Below, in pieces: positions 37,465 to 46,709 of a stretch of 64,000 nt of DNA; the stretch's first letter is position 1; every line of letters begins with the position of its first letter. The position numbers were made by a program, and so were the translations under genes. Below the pieces are notes generated by a model. It saw only the letters and a list, made by a program, of their open reading frames with translations. It ran no database searches and was not told where the DNA came from. This stretch comes from Candidatus Eremiobacteraceae bacterium (GTDB lineage Bacteria > Vulcanimicrobiota > Vulcanimicrobiia > Eremiobacterales > Eremiobacteraceae), in NCBI GenBank assembly GCA_036561585.1, contig DATBOZ010000078.1:4544-68543 (forward strand), given 5' to 3'.

Positions 37465-39381
37465 ATGACCACGGTTTCCCGGCGTTCGCTCCGATTCGGC
37501 GCGCTCGCGCTTGCGCTCTGGCTTCCGCTTGCCCAATCGCCGGCGCTTGCGCTGTCCACATCGAAAGAGATCGCTGAAGGCAAGTCCGAGAACGCGCAGA
37601 TCGACTCGGAGAGCGTGGTCATCAAAGATCCGTTCCTCACGTCGTGGGTCGCAAGCGTCACCGACAGACTTGTCCCATTGCGCATCCGCAAAGATATTCC
37701 GTATCAATTCACGATCATCCAGGACGAGAGCATCAACGCATTCGCGATCAAAGGCGGCTTCGTGCACGTCAATATGGGGCTGCTCAATTTCGTGACGTCG
37801 GACGATCAACTCGCGGCGACGCTCGGCCACGAGATGGGTCACGTCGAATTGCACCACGTGACGAAGAGCGACAACACAAACGCCATCCTTGCGATTCTCG
37901 AAGGCATCCTCTCCATCGTCTCCGGGCCGGCTGCCATCCTCGGAAGCATCGGCGGAGAACTTGCGACCGACAAGTTCTCACGCGTCGACGAACTGCAAGC
38001 GGACCACTATGGTCTTGGGATCATGACGAAGGCGGGCTTTGACCCGCATGCTGCCGTCGATGTCATGTATGGGCTCGGCGCGCAAGATCCCGGGCCGACC
38101 GGACGCGCCGATAAGGCGTTTCTCGATCACCCCGTTCCAGGCGATCGCGTGGCGCATCTGCTCGGCTATCAGGAGTTGGATCGCGTCTCGTCAAGCGCCC
38201 TCCTCGCGCGCGCTGTCCACGACCAGTTGGAAGGCAGATATTCCTACGCGCGCGAGATGTTGGCGAAGGTCGCGGCCACCGATCCGAGCGCGACGGTCGA
38301 CGACCACAAACAGCAGCTCAATTATGCTTTGCGCGAAGCGGGTGCGCTCGCGGCGCCGGATAGCCGGGATTACGCGCCGGCCATTCCCGCCACCGACCCA
38401 AAGCGTATTGCAGCGGCCGCCGCGCTGACCGCAGCGCAGCATACGACGGACACGACGCTCGCCGATGTGAAAAAACAAGCGCAGGCCGGTCTGCAAGACC
38501 TCACCACGGTCGAGCAGCAGCTGCAACAGGTCTCAAATGCCGCGGGTGGCGGCGGCTCCGGTTCCGGCGGCCCGCCGCCGGTCTTGGTGACGCTGAACCG
38601 CGATCTCTCCGCCGTCGGCAATCTCACGAGCGATGTGCTGGGGTCCGCACCGGGGCTTGTCGCCGGCAATAAGGACGCGCTGCATGACCTTTCGACCCCG
38701 CTGCAAGATCCGCAGCCGCTGACGCCGATGAATGCGAGTCTGCTCGGCTTCTACCCGTCGATGACGGCGAATCTTTCGGCGTCATCGGTCGCACTTGCAG
38801 ATTCGGTGGCGGTCAGCAGAGCGGCGCTCGCTCAGTTGGAAAGCACGTTGATCGGCATGCAATCCGGCGCGAACGGCAACGGGGACTATGGTCCAAACGG
38901 ACTGCCGGCGTCCACGCCGGATCCGAAGGCCGGGCCGCGCGTCCCTGCGATCTTGCTGCAACTCGCTGCAGCCGCTGCGTCCGCTCACGTCACCGCCTCG
39001 CGCGCTTCCGACGAGATGTACGCCGCGCAGACCGCGCAGCTTTCCGAACAGATCACCATGCTGGACCTCTATTCGTCACCGGAGCGATTTGAAGCGTATC
39101 GTGCGGCCGTGAGCTATCGGCTGCCGGGGATCGTTCTGCCGGCGTACGGCGCAGCGATTGCCAGCGGCGTCGCGCCCGGCGACCTTGGGTGCGCATCGTG
39201 GTATGCATTTGAGACGCGCACATCGATCAGCACGGCGATGGACGCGTTGCGCGCATCGAGCTCGAGCTGCGCTCGGCTCGCACTGGACCACCATCTCCTC
39301 GCAGAATCGATGGAGATCGCCGAAGGATTGCTCTACGAGAACTACGTGGAAACGCCCCTGACCAAACCCGCCGGCACGTAG
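37465..39381 (+). CDS. M48-family zinc metallopeptidase with a roughly 400-aa C-terminal extension of unknown function
   Basis: Signal peptide MTTVSRRSLRFGALALALWLPLAQSPALA. Contains HEMGHVELHH and ELQADHYG. The remainder is Ala/Gln-rich, helical-looking, with a GGGGSGSGGPPP linker. Confidence 0.75.
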   Translation: MTTVSRRSLRFGALALALWLPLAQSPALALSTSKEIAEGKSENAQIDSESVVIKDPFLTSWVASVTDRLVPLRIRKDIPYQFTIIQDESINAFAIKGGFVHVNMGLLNFVTSDDQLAATLGHEMGHVELHHVTKSDNTNAILAILEGILSIVSGPAAILGSIGGELATDKFSRVDELQADHYGLGIMTKAGFDPHAAVDVMYGLGAQDPGPTGRADKAFLDHPVPGDRVAHLLGYQELDRVSSSALLARAVHDQLEGRYSYAREMLAKVAATDPSATVDDHKQQLNYALREAGALAAPDSRDYAPAIPATDPKRIAAAAALTAAQHTTDTTLADVKKQAQAGLQDLTTVEQQLQQVSNAAGGGGSGSGGPPPVLVTLNRDLSAVGNLTSDVLGSAPGLVAGNKDALHDLSTPLQDPQPLTPMNASLLGFYPSMTANLSASSVALADSVAVSRAALAQLESTLIGMQSGANGNGDYGPNGLPASTPDPKAGPRVPAILLQLAAAAASAHVTASRASDEMYAAQTAQLSEQITMLDLYSSPERFEAYRAAVSYRLPGIVLPAYGAAIASGVAPGDLGCASWYAFETRTSISTAMDALRASSSSCARLALDHHLLAESMEIAEGLLYENYVETPLTKPAGT

Positions 39382-39398
39382 ATCGCGCGTTGCCAATT

Positions 39399-39432
39399 CT
39401 GTAGTGCCGACCTTTATGGTCGGCCATTTTTT
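39399..39432 (+). terminator. REP-like hairpin plus T-run, probable intrinsic terminator of the M48 gene
   Basis: CTGTAGT-GCCGACC-TTTAT-GGTCGGC-CATTTTTT, 18 nt after the stop. It lies between convergent genes. Confidence 0.7.
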
Positions 39433-39438
39433 GGATTA

Positions 39439-40215
39439 CTACGAAAGCGTGAACGCGCGCATCGAGATCGATCCGGCATCAAAACCTTCGACAACGAATC
39501 GCAGCGCGTCATCGTCATGACGGATGCCGGCGGCGTAGAGCAGCGGGAAGTAATGATCGTCGTCGGGTGCGGCGAGCCGCGCGTCCGCATGCGACCGGTA
39601 GCCGATCAGCGCTTGATCGTCGCGTTTTTCGAGGGCTGTCTTGACGAAGTCGTCGAAGCGGACGGCCCAATCCAAAGGCTTTGTCGCCGCGAAGTCGAGA
39701 TACTGAAGATTGTGCACGACGTTGCCGCACGCGACGACGAGCACGCCCCGATCGCGGAGCGGCGCGAGGCGCCGGCCTAGATCGAAGTGGCCGAGAGGAG
39801 CGAGCTCCGCATCGATCGAGATCTCCACAACCGGAATGTCCGCCTTCGGAAATGCGTGCATGAGCACCGACCATGCGCCGTGATCCAAACCCCACGATGT
39901 GTCCAGCCGCACCGGCGTCGGCGCAAGGATTTTGGCGATCTCGGCCGCGAGCGCCGGGTCTCCGGGAGCAGGATACTGCGCGTCAAAGAGCGCTTTTGGA
40001 AACGCGCCGAAATCATGAATCGTCGTCGGCTTGGGCATCGCGGTGACCGCGGTCCCGGAAACGAACCAGTGCGCGGAGATCACGGCGATACTGCGGGGAC
40101 GGGGAAGCGACGCCCCGAGGGTTCGCCACGCCCGGCTGAACGGCGTATCGGTGATCGCGTTCATAGGGCTGCCGTGGCCGACATAGACGGCGGGCATGCG
40201 CGTCTGCTGAGACAT
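39439..40215 (-). CDS. ygiD: 4,5-DOPA dioxygenase extradiol-like (LigB/YgiD family)
   Basis: 258 aa. Contains MPAVYVGHGSPMNAI...SAHW...LDHGAWSVL...GNVVHNL. Confidence 0.75.
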   Translation of the reverse strand: MSQQTRMPAVYVGHGSPMNAITDTPFSRAWRTLGASLPRPRSIAVISAHWFVSGTAVTAMPKPTTIHDFGAFPKALFDAQYPAPGDPALAAEIAKILAPTPVRLDTSWGLDHGAWSVLMHAFPKADIPVVEISIDAELAPLGHFDLGRRLAPLRDRGVLVVACGNVVHNLQYLDFAATKPLDWAVRFDDFVKTALEKRDDQALIGYRSHADARLAAPDDDHYFPLLYAAGIRHDDDALRFVVEGFDAGSISMRAFTLS

Positions 40216-40333
40216 CGTTCACTCTTCTCCGGGCCAGCGATGCTCGCCCTACTGCAAAGTTCGGCCGCTTTCCACGGCCTGCGAAGGATTCTTGCGTGCG
40301 GTAGCGGATTGCCGTACTTCCGGGGGATTGCTG

Positions 40334-41434
40334 ATGTCGATCTGTTTGGCGTTTGCCGTTGCGGCCGCACTTTCGACGCCGGCGCCGGCTCTGCCGGTCG
40401 GGCCGGCAACACCGGCGGCTGCGATGACAGCGTCTGCAACGCCGCAAGCCGTCCAGTACGTGCAAGTGCAATATCGCAACGAGCTCAAGTCGAGCACGAT
40501 CACGCAAACCGCAGCCCAGATGCTCGGCTCGCAGATCAGGGCGCAGTTCGGAAACTTCCTCTCAAACGTGCTGCGGTCAGCCCTGTCGCACGCAAATCCG
40601 ATCCTCGGCGCCATTGCGAACATGATCGCCAACAAGGTCGCCGCGAAATTGACCAGCATCCCTATCAATATCCATCCCAAACCGAACGTCAAGATCGTCG
40701 CCGAATTCGAGGCGACGACCACCGTATCGCCGACGCGCTCGCGGACGGACGTCGGCACGATCTCCACGATCATCCAGTGCGACAAACAGCAGATCATCGT
40801 GCTGGACAACGTCGCGAAAGTCTATACGAGCAGGTCGTTCAGCGATTCGCTCAATGACGCCGATCAAGGTTCAGGTTTTGGACCCTTCACGGCCGATACC
40901 CAAGACCTCAGTCAGCAGGTCGTCCAACCCCAGCCCGACGATGGAACCGAGACGATCGCAGGATTGGTCTCCCGGCACGAATTGGTCACCACGCCGACGG
41001 TCACGGGTTTTGGCTCGGCGAAGACCGACTATTGGTTTGCCGACATTCCAATGGCCAATGCATGCGCCGCGATACCGCAGCAGCCGGGCCTCGCGTCCGT
41101 ACCGCAGTTGGCGGCAGCGTCCTCCGCGATCAGGATTCCGCTCCGAAGCGTCCAGTGGTCTGAAATGGATTTTTCCGGACCGCCTGCTGCATCGCCGTCC
41201 CCGAGCGCGTCGCCGTCGTCTGCCGCATCGCCGTCGCACTATCAGGATCCGGTCTTAGAAACGCCCGGCATCGCATGGATCGAAACGACGTCGGTGACGA
41301 ATCTGCCATACGATGCGTCATACTTCGACGTACCCACCGGCTACACGCAAGCAACACCTGAACCGAGCCCATCGCCTGTTGGAGGCGACACAGCGACCGA
41401 TTCAAATCGCGTGCGAGAAGCGATCCGGGGATAA
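40334..41434 (+). CDS. Secreted hypothetical protein (possible LolA-fold/DUF4412-like C-terminal region)
   Basis: Signal peptide MSICLAFAVAAALSTPAPALP. Low-complexity PSPSASPSSAASPS. C-terminal ...PYDASYFDVPTGYTQ resembles the ends of LolA-like domains. Tentative. Confidence 0.4.
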   Translation: MSICLAFAVAAALSTPAPALPVGPATPAAAMTASATPQAVQYVQVQYRNELKSSTITQTAAQMLGSQIRAQFGNFLSNVLRSALSHANPILGAIANMIANKVAAKLTSIPINIHPKPNVKIVAEFEATTTVSPTRSRTDVGTISTIIQCDKQQIIVLDNVAKVYTSRSFSDSLNDADQGSGFGPFTADTQDLSQQVVQPQPDDGTETIAGLVSRHELVTTPTVTGFGSAKTDYWFADIPMANACAAIPQQPGLASVPQLAAASSAIRIPLRSVQWSEMDFSGPPAASPSPSASPSSAASPSHYQDPVLETPGIAWIETTSVTNLPYDASYFDVPTGYTQATPEPSPSPVGGDTATDSNRVREAIRG

Positions 41435-42538
41435 GAACGCGATGTCGAATCGCGAGGAACCGTCGAACAAGAGCTCCGATACGATTTCGCCCACGACCGG
41501 CGCGAACTTGAAGCCATGACCGGAAAAACCGCCGGCCACGATCACGTCCGCGTCCGCCGGATGGCGCCCGATCGCGAAATGCTCGTCCGGCGTTAGCGTA
41601 TACATGCAGGCCTTGGCGTTGAGAAAGGTCTGTCCGGCGTCGGGCAACCAACCCGCGAGCGCCGTCTGGATGGGCACGATATCGTCTTCCGAGATGCCGC
41701 GTTCCAACTGATCCGGCTTCGTGAAACTGCCGCGCGAGTGAAATGCAGCCTTCACGCCGTCACCAAGATCCGGGAACCCGTAGATGATGTTGGGAAACCC
41801 CTCGCGATCGAGGAGAAATGCCGGGAATCGGTCCGCTGTGAATTCGGGCGTGCGCGGCGCGAACCACGCCTGCACGTTGCGCTGCACTTTGAGCGGTATG
41901 CCCGTTTGCGCGGTCATGCTTTCGAGCCATGGCCCGACGGAAAGCACGACCTGCTTGGCCTCGACAGCCGTGCCGTCATCGATCGCGACGCGTAATCCGC
42001 CGGTTCCTGTACGGTGCCAGTCGGTCACGCGCACGCCGAATCGCATCTGCGCGCCGGCATCGGCCGCGACGCGGAGCAACGCGTGCACGGCCAACTCCGG
42101 AAAGATCACGCCCCCTTCGCGTTCGAAGACCCCGACTTCGTCGGCGTGCGGACGTGTCATCGGAAAGCGCCGGGCGATGTCCGATGCGGTCAGGTACTCG
42201 ACCGGTAGTCCGTGTTGTTCGGCGCTCCGGCGTGAGCCGGCGATGACCTTTGTCGACTCTTTGCCCGCAAGCAACAGCCCGGTGATCGTCATGAGATGTT
42301 CGCCGGACCGCGCTTCGAGCTCGCGCCACAGCGCGTACGAACGGAGGACGAGCGGTACGTACGCGACGTGCTCGAAATACGCTTGCCGGATAAGCCGCGT
42401 CTTGCCGTGCGAGGCGCCGCGATCGTGGACCGGCCAGAATCGTTCGATCCCAAGCACCGTGCGGCCGCGGCGCGCGCAACTCGCTGCGATCGAGCTGCCC
42501 ATCACGCCGAGACCGACGACCACCACATCGTAGATCAC
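41402..42538 (-). CDS. FAD-dependent oxidoreductase, monomeric sarcosine oxidase / N-methyltryptophan oxidase-like
   Basis: The GTG start overlaps the upstream stop (GTGA). Contains YDVVVVGLGVMGSS (GxGxxG), CMYTLTPDEHF (the covalent-FAD Cys context of the MSOX family) and GFSGHGFKF. Confidence 0.75.
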   Translation of the reverse strand: MIYDVVVVGLGVMGSSIAASCARRGRTVLGIERFWPVHDRGASHGKTRLIRQAYFEHVAYVPLVLRSYALWRELEARSGEHLMTITGLLLAGKESTKVIAGSRRSAEQHGLPVEYLTASDIARRFPMTRPHADEVGVFEREGGVIFPELAVHALLRVAADAGAQMRFGVRVTDWHRTGTGGLRVAIDDGTAVEAKQVVLSVGPWLESMTAQTGIPLKVQRNVQAWFAPRTPEFTADRFPAFLLDREGFPNIIYGFPDLGDGVKAAFHSRGSFTKPDQLERGISEDDIVPIQTALAGWLPDAGQTFLNAKACMYTLTPDEHFAIGRHPADADVIVAGGFSGHGFKFAPVVGEIVSELLFDGSSRFDIAFLSPDRFSHAI

Positions 42539-43233
42539 GCGCGCCGGCCGCCGTTCTCCGCAGCGCGCAGTCGCGACGCGCGTTCGAGAAGACCGCGCAC
42601 GTCTTCGTCGCCCACTTGTGCGAACGAACGATACCAATTTCCGACGCTGATGAACGACGCCGGACAACTGATGCAGACGAATTCGTCGACGAGGCCGCTG
42701 ACGGAATCCGCAGCCTCCTGCGACGCGACGGGCACCGCGGCGACCACGTTCGCCGGCTGTTGCTCGCGTACGGCCGCGACGGCAGCGCGCATGCTCGCGC
42801 CCGTCGCCAGGCCATCGTCCACGATGATGACGTTCGTTCCGGTCACATCGATCGGCCGGCGGTCGCCACGCAACGACCGTGCCCGAGCGGCGAGCGACGC
42901 GCGCTTCTCGTCGATGGCGATGTCCATCGCAGCCGCTGAAATGCCGAGCCTGCGGACGAGTTCGTCGTTGAGGACGAGCGAACCATCGCCGGCGACGGCG
43001 CCGAGCGCGAGTTCCGGGCAGCGCGCAGCGCTGAGCTTGAGCACGATGATGATGTCAAGCGCGGCGTGGAGCCGCGTCGCGATCTCGAATGCCACCGGTA
43101 CGCCGCCGCGCGACATACCCAAGACGACCGTGTCGTCGCGTGACGCATGGTGTCCGAGGGACTCCGCTAACAGTGATCCCGCCTCGGCGCGATCGCGAAA
43201 TCCGTACAGCGGCTGGTCGTGGCTCGAATGCAT
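42535..43233 (-). CDS. Phosphoribosyltransferase family protein (COG1926-like)
   Basis: 232 aa. PRPP-binding loop NVIIVDDGLATGASM. Confidence 0.7.
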   Translation of the reverse strand: MHSSHDQPLYGFRDRAEAGSLLAESLGHHASRDDTVVLGMSRGGVPVAFEIATRLHAALDIIIVLKLSAARCPELALGAVAGDGSLVLNDELVRRLGISAAAMDIAIDEKRASLAARARSLRGDRRPIDVTGTNVIIVDDGLATGASMRAAVAAVREQQPANVVAAVPVASQEAADSVSGLVDEFVCISCPASFISVGNWYRSFAQVGDEDVRGLLERASRLRAAENGGRRA

Positions 43234-43301
43234 CCTGATCTTTCACGGACGTACGCACCCGGTAGGCTACCCGCCGAGTTTTCGTGAAAGAATCCGTTGA
43301 C

Positions 43302-43378
43302 GCCCTCGTAGTTCAGCGGATCAGAACGTCGCGCTTCGAACGCGAAAGTCGGGGGTTCGATTCCCTCCGAGGGCACCA
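43302..43378 (+). tRNA. tRNA-Arg(TCG): tRNA-Arg (anticodon TCG), CCA encoded
   Basis: Manual cloverleaf. Acceptor GCCCTCG/CGAGGGC. D stem GTTC/GAAC. Anticodon stem TCGCG/CGCGA with loop CTTCGAA. T arm GGGGG-TTCGATT-CCCTC. Discriminator A plus CCA. 77 nt. Confidence 0.9.
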
Positions 43379-43404
43379 ACTGTTCTCCCGCCAAAGGGCG
43401 TCGC

Positions 43405-44325
43405 GTGGCTGACCTCATGCGTTCGGCGCTGCTCGCCGCCGCGGGCAATCGAAAGCTCCAGCGATTCGTCACCAAGCACGGCCGCCGGTTTGGTTCGGAA
43501 CGGTTCGTGGCGGGCGAGACGCTCGACGACTTCATGCGCGTGGTTCAGACGATGAACGCGCGCGGATTCCGCGTCGCAGCGGGACTGCTCGGTGAAGACG
43601 TCCGCGGCGCGGCCGACGCTCGTGCGGTGACGCAAGAATACCGCAACGTCTTCGACCGGTTCTCGAGCGCGGGCGCCGACGCGAATGTCGCCCTCAAGTT
43701 GACGCACCTCGGTCTTGTGATCGACCCTGCCCTCGCGTTCGAAAATGTCGCTTCTCTCGCCGGCCGCGCGGCGGAGCGCAGCAATTTTCTCCGCATCGAC
43801 ATGGAGCAGTCAAGCTATGCCGACGCTACCCTCGAAGTGTACCGTCGCTTGCGAGCACAAGGTCACTCGAATGTCGGCACCGTGCTGCAGGCGTATCTCT
43901 ATCGATCAGAGGCAGACCTGAGCGCGTTGCTGCCGCTCCGGCCGAATTTGCGCCTAGTCAAAGGAGCATATCTCGAGCCGCCGGCCGTCGCATTTCCCAA
44001 GAAGCCAGACGTCGACCGCAATTTCGTCCGATTGATCGAACGCTCGCTCACGGAAGGCGGCTTCACCGCCATCGCCACGCACGATGCGTCGATCGTCGAA
44101 CATTCGCTCGACTTTATCCAGCGCAACGCAATCCGCGAAGGGACATACGAATTTCAGATGTTATATGGGGTCCGGCCACGGCTTCAAGCATCGATGGTCG
44201 AGCGCGGCATACCCATGCGGATCGCCGTTCCATTCGGATCCCAGTGGTATCCGTATTTGATGCGGCGCCTCGCCGAGCGGCCCGCGAACCTCTTCTTCTT
44301 CGTCTCCTCGGTGTGGCGCGGATGA
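43405..44325 (+). CDS. Proline dehydrogenase (monofunctional PRODH)
   Basis: 306 aa. Contains ...RFVAGETLDDFMRVVQTMNARGFRVAAGLLGEDV... and ...VKGAYLEP.... The GTG start is only 26 nt after the tRNA. The ATG at 43417 is an alternative start. Confidence 0.8.
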   Translation: MADLMRSALLAAAGNRKLQRFVTKHGRRFGSERFVAGETLDDFMRVVQTMNARGFRVAAGLLGEDVRGAADARAVTQEYRNVFDRFSSAGADANVALKLTHLGLVIDPALAFENVASLAGRAAERSNFLRIDMEQSSYADATLEVYRRLRAQGHSNVGTVLQAYLYRSEADLSALLPLRPNLRLVKGAYLEPPAVAFPKKPDVDRNFVRLIERSLTEGGFTAIATHDASIVEHSLDFIQRNAIREGTYEFQMLYGVRPRLQASMVERGIPMRIAVPFGSQWYPYLMRRLAERPANLFFFVSSVWRG

Positions 44326-45239
44326 ATCGCAAGTTGACCACCGGGGTCGTCTGTGCAGCGCTCACCCCGCTCGACGATAACGGCGAGCCCTGCGTTTCGC
44401 TGCTCGTCGAACATTGCCGGCGGCTCCTCGGAGCGGGATGCAGCGCGATCGCGCTGCTCGGCACGACGGGCGAGGCGAATTCCTTCACCGTCGAAGAGCG
44501 GAAGGTGATCCTCGATGCGGTTGTGCGAGGCGGCATTCCGGCCGGTCAACTCATCGTGGGGACCGGCTGCTGTGCGATTGGCGACTGCGTGACGCTGACG
44601 CGGCACGCGCTTGCGATCGGTGCGGCGCGGGTGCTGATGCTGCCGCCCTTCTATTATAAGAACGTGCGCGACGAAGGGGTCGTCGAAGCGTACGCACGGA
44701 CGATCGAGGCCATCGGCGACGAACGCCTCCGGCTCTATCTCTACAATATTCCGCAACTTTCGGGGGTCGCGATCGGCGCGGCCGTCGCCGGCCCGCTGGC
44801 GGCGCGCTATCCAGGCATCATCGCGGGCATCAAAGACAGCGCCGGCGACTGGGCGGCGACCGAGTCCCTGTGCCTGTCGTTCGGCAGCTCGCTCGATGTG
44901 CTCGTCGGCAGCGAGCGCTTTCTCACCGCGGGCATAGCCGCCGGAGCCAGCGGCTGCGTCACTGCGACGGCGAACGCCTTTGCCGAGCCAATCTGCGAGT
45001 TGTACGCGCGGCTCGGCGGTCCGGACGCTCCGGCACTCCAAGAGCGCGTGAACCTGATGCGAGCAACTGTCGAACGCTATCCCGCGATCGCAGCGCTCAA
45101 AGAGCTCGAGGCACGCCGCAGCGGCGACACACGGTGGAGAAACGTCAGACCGCCGTTGACGAGCTTGCGCCGATCGGACGCCGACGCGCTCGACGCGGCA
45201 CTAGGGGCTTCGACGCTTCCGTGGAAAGGACGCACATGA
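44322..45239 (+). CDS. DapA/NAL-family class I aldolase-type lyase (dihydrodipicolinate synthase family)
   Basis: The ATG overlaps the PRODH stop (ATGA). Contains LLGTTGEANSF and IKDSAGD (Schiff-base Lys context). Confidence 0.75.
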   Translation: MNRKLTTGVVCAALTPLDDNGEPCVSLLVEHCRRLLGAGCSAIALLGTTGEANSFTVEERKVILDAVVRGGIPAGQLIVGTGCCAIGDCVTLTRHALAIGAARVLMLPPFYYKNVRDEGVVEAYARTIEAIGDERLRLYLYNIPQLSGVAIGAAVAGPLAARYPGIIAGIKDSAGDWAATESLCLSFGSSLDVLVGSERFLTAGIAAGASGCVTATANAFAEPICELYARLGGPDAPALQERVNLMRATVERYPAIAALKELEARRSGDTRWRNVRPPLTSLRRSDADALDAALGASTLPWKGRT

Positions 45240-45691
45240 TGACGTGGACATTCTTGCACGTGCTGTCGGTCTTCATCGCGTTTGCGCTGACGACCGGAGT
45301 GGGCATCGCATCGACTGCCATCGCGGGCACCCGGGACGTGCGCGCGATCCGTGCGACTGCGAAAATCGCACAACCGTTGCAGTTGACGGGTGCAATCCTT
45401 CTGGCGGCCGGCATCATCCTTGGATTTCTCTCGGCGCGCTCCGCCGGTTACGACCTCGCGTCGCCGTGGCTGGCCACCGGCTTCGCGTGCGCCGTGTTGC
45501 TCTTGGTCATCGGCTTCACCGTGCATCGCGTGTGGTTTCTCAAACTTGCAAAAGCTGTGGCGGCGAGTCCCGACGATCAGGCGTCGCCGGAAGTCAACGC
45601 GATCATCGACGACAAACTGGCTCGAGCCGCCGGGCCGGTGAGCGGTCTGCTTTGGATCATCGCGATCGCGATGATGGTCTTGAAGCCCTAG
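45236..45691 (+). CDS. Small integral membrane protein (DUF2269-like, 4 TM)
   Basis: The ATG overlaps the DapA-like stop (ATGA). Four hydrophobic segments. The family call is tentative. Confidence 0.55.
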   Translation: MMTWTFLHVLSVFIAFALTTGVGIASTAIAGTRDVRAIRATAKIAQPLQLTGAILLAAGIILGFLSARSAGYDLASPWLATGFACAVLLLVIGFTVHRVWFLKLAKAVAASPDDQASPEVNAIIDDKLARAAGPVSGLLWIIAIAMMVLKP

Positions 45692-45828
45692 CGGCTGCGC
45701 GCGCCCACGCCCCAGTCACGCCGCGACGCTCTTCCGCGCTTCGCCTCGCACTGCAATTCGTCGACGCGCAGCATCGCGAGTTGATAGAGCAGGTCGCGCG
45801 ACGCGAAGCGTTCTGCGTTTGCGTTCAT
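45688..45828 (-). CDS. Candidate small protein (46 aa), below the ORF-track cutoff
   Basis: Product: MNANAERFASRDLLYQLAMLRVDELQCEAKRGRASRRDWGVGARSR. GC3 is about 80%. GGGGGA lies 7 nt upstream of the ATG. Its stop shares a CTAG with the convergent gene's stop. Confidence 0.3.
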   Translation of the reverse strand: MNANAERFASRDLLYQLAMLRVDELQCEAKRGRASRRDWGVGARSR

Positions 45829-46080
45829 ATCTTTATCCCCCATCCCCCGAACAGCTTGCTGTCCGCGCCTTGGGGAACGCGCACCAGTTCAGTACGCGTC
45901 AAGCCAAGAATGTCTTGTCCTGTCGTCTTGGTGATCGATGTCGTTAGCCCGGTCCGTACCATTGCGCTCGTTGTTGCCTCCGTTGACTTGCTGTAACTAT
46001 CGTTTAGTGTACACCAGTTATATATAACCTGTCAATCTAAATTAAAAGTTATTAAAAGCCATGTTTTCCGGGACACCGCC

Positions 46081-46110
46081 TTGCGTTGTAACCGCCGTAA
46101 GCCATATAAT
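46081..46110 (+). promoter_or_regulatory. Putative sigma70-type promoter of the CGNR/HD operon
   Basis: TTGCGT-18 nt-TATAAT, ending 30 nt upstream of the ATG at 46140. It sits inside a locally AT-rich island. Confidence 0.35.
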
Positions 46111-46139
46111 AGTTTTGAAGTGGGGACATACAGTACGAC

Positions 46140-46709
46140 ATGAAAGATCGCATCGGCGAAAAACCGGCGCCCGCCCGGCTTCGAGTCGTCCAAGGCTTTC
46201 TCAATACCGCGACGTCCGGACGCGAAGATTTCGCGAGTCCGGATTGTTTGCGTGAATGGCTCACCGATCACGATCTGCTCGAACCGGATGCGGCCGTGAG
46301 CGCGGACGATCTTCGGCAAGCGATCGCCGTGCGCCAAGCGCTCGTGCAGCTCGCCCTCGCCCGGCAGGAAGACCGATCCGATACCGGTGCGGCCGAAGTA
46401 CTGAATCGCGCGGCGCGCAGCGCCCAAATGTCCGTGTCGTTCGGGCAGCGTGGGCGCGCGTGTATCGAACCGCTCGCACCGGCGGTCGATGGGGCATTGG
46501 GCAAGATCATCGCGATCGTCGTCGACGCGATGGCGGACGGCACGTGGGAGCGGTTCAAGATCTGTCGTGATCCAGGCTGTTCGTGGGCGTTTTACGACCG
46601 TTCGAAAAACCACTCGGGGACGTGGTGCGATATCACGTCCTGCGGCAATATCGCAAAGGCGCGGACCTATCGCGCGCGCCACGCCACCAAGGCGACGCGA
46701 GGATTATGA
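46140..46709 (+). CDS. ABATE domain plus CGNR zinc-finger protein (putative stress-responsive regulator)
   Basis: C-terminal CRDPGCSWAFYDRSKNHSGTWCDITSCGNIAKARTYRAR, a CGNR-type zinc finger with CGNI in place of CGNR. Confidence 0.75.
   Translation: MKDRIGEKPAPARLRVVQGFLNTATSGREDFASPDCLREWLTDHDLLEPDAAVSADDLRQAIAVRQALVQLALARQEDRSDTGAAEVLNRAARSAQMSVSFGQRGRACIEPLAPAVDGALGKIIAIVVDAMADGTWERFKICRDPGCSWAFYDRSKNHSGTWCDITSCGNIAKARTYRARHATKATRGL

Noticed and set aside
43302-43378. tRNA-Arg as the attachment site of a genomic island.
   Set aside because: There is no integrase or recombinase in the window. I could not find a direct repeat of the tRNA 3' end, and the flanking genes look like ordinary metabolism.
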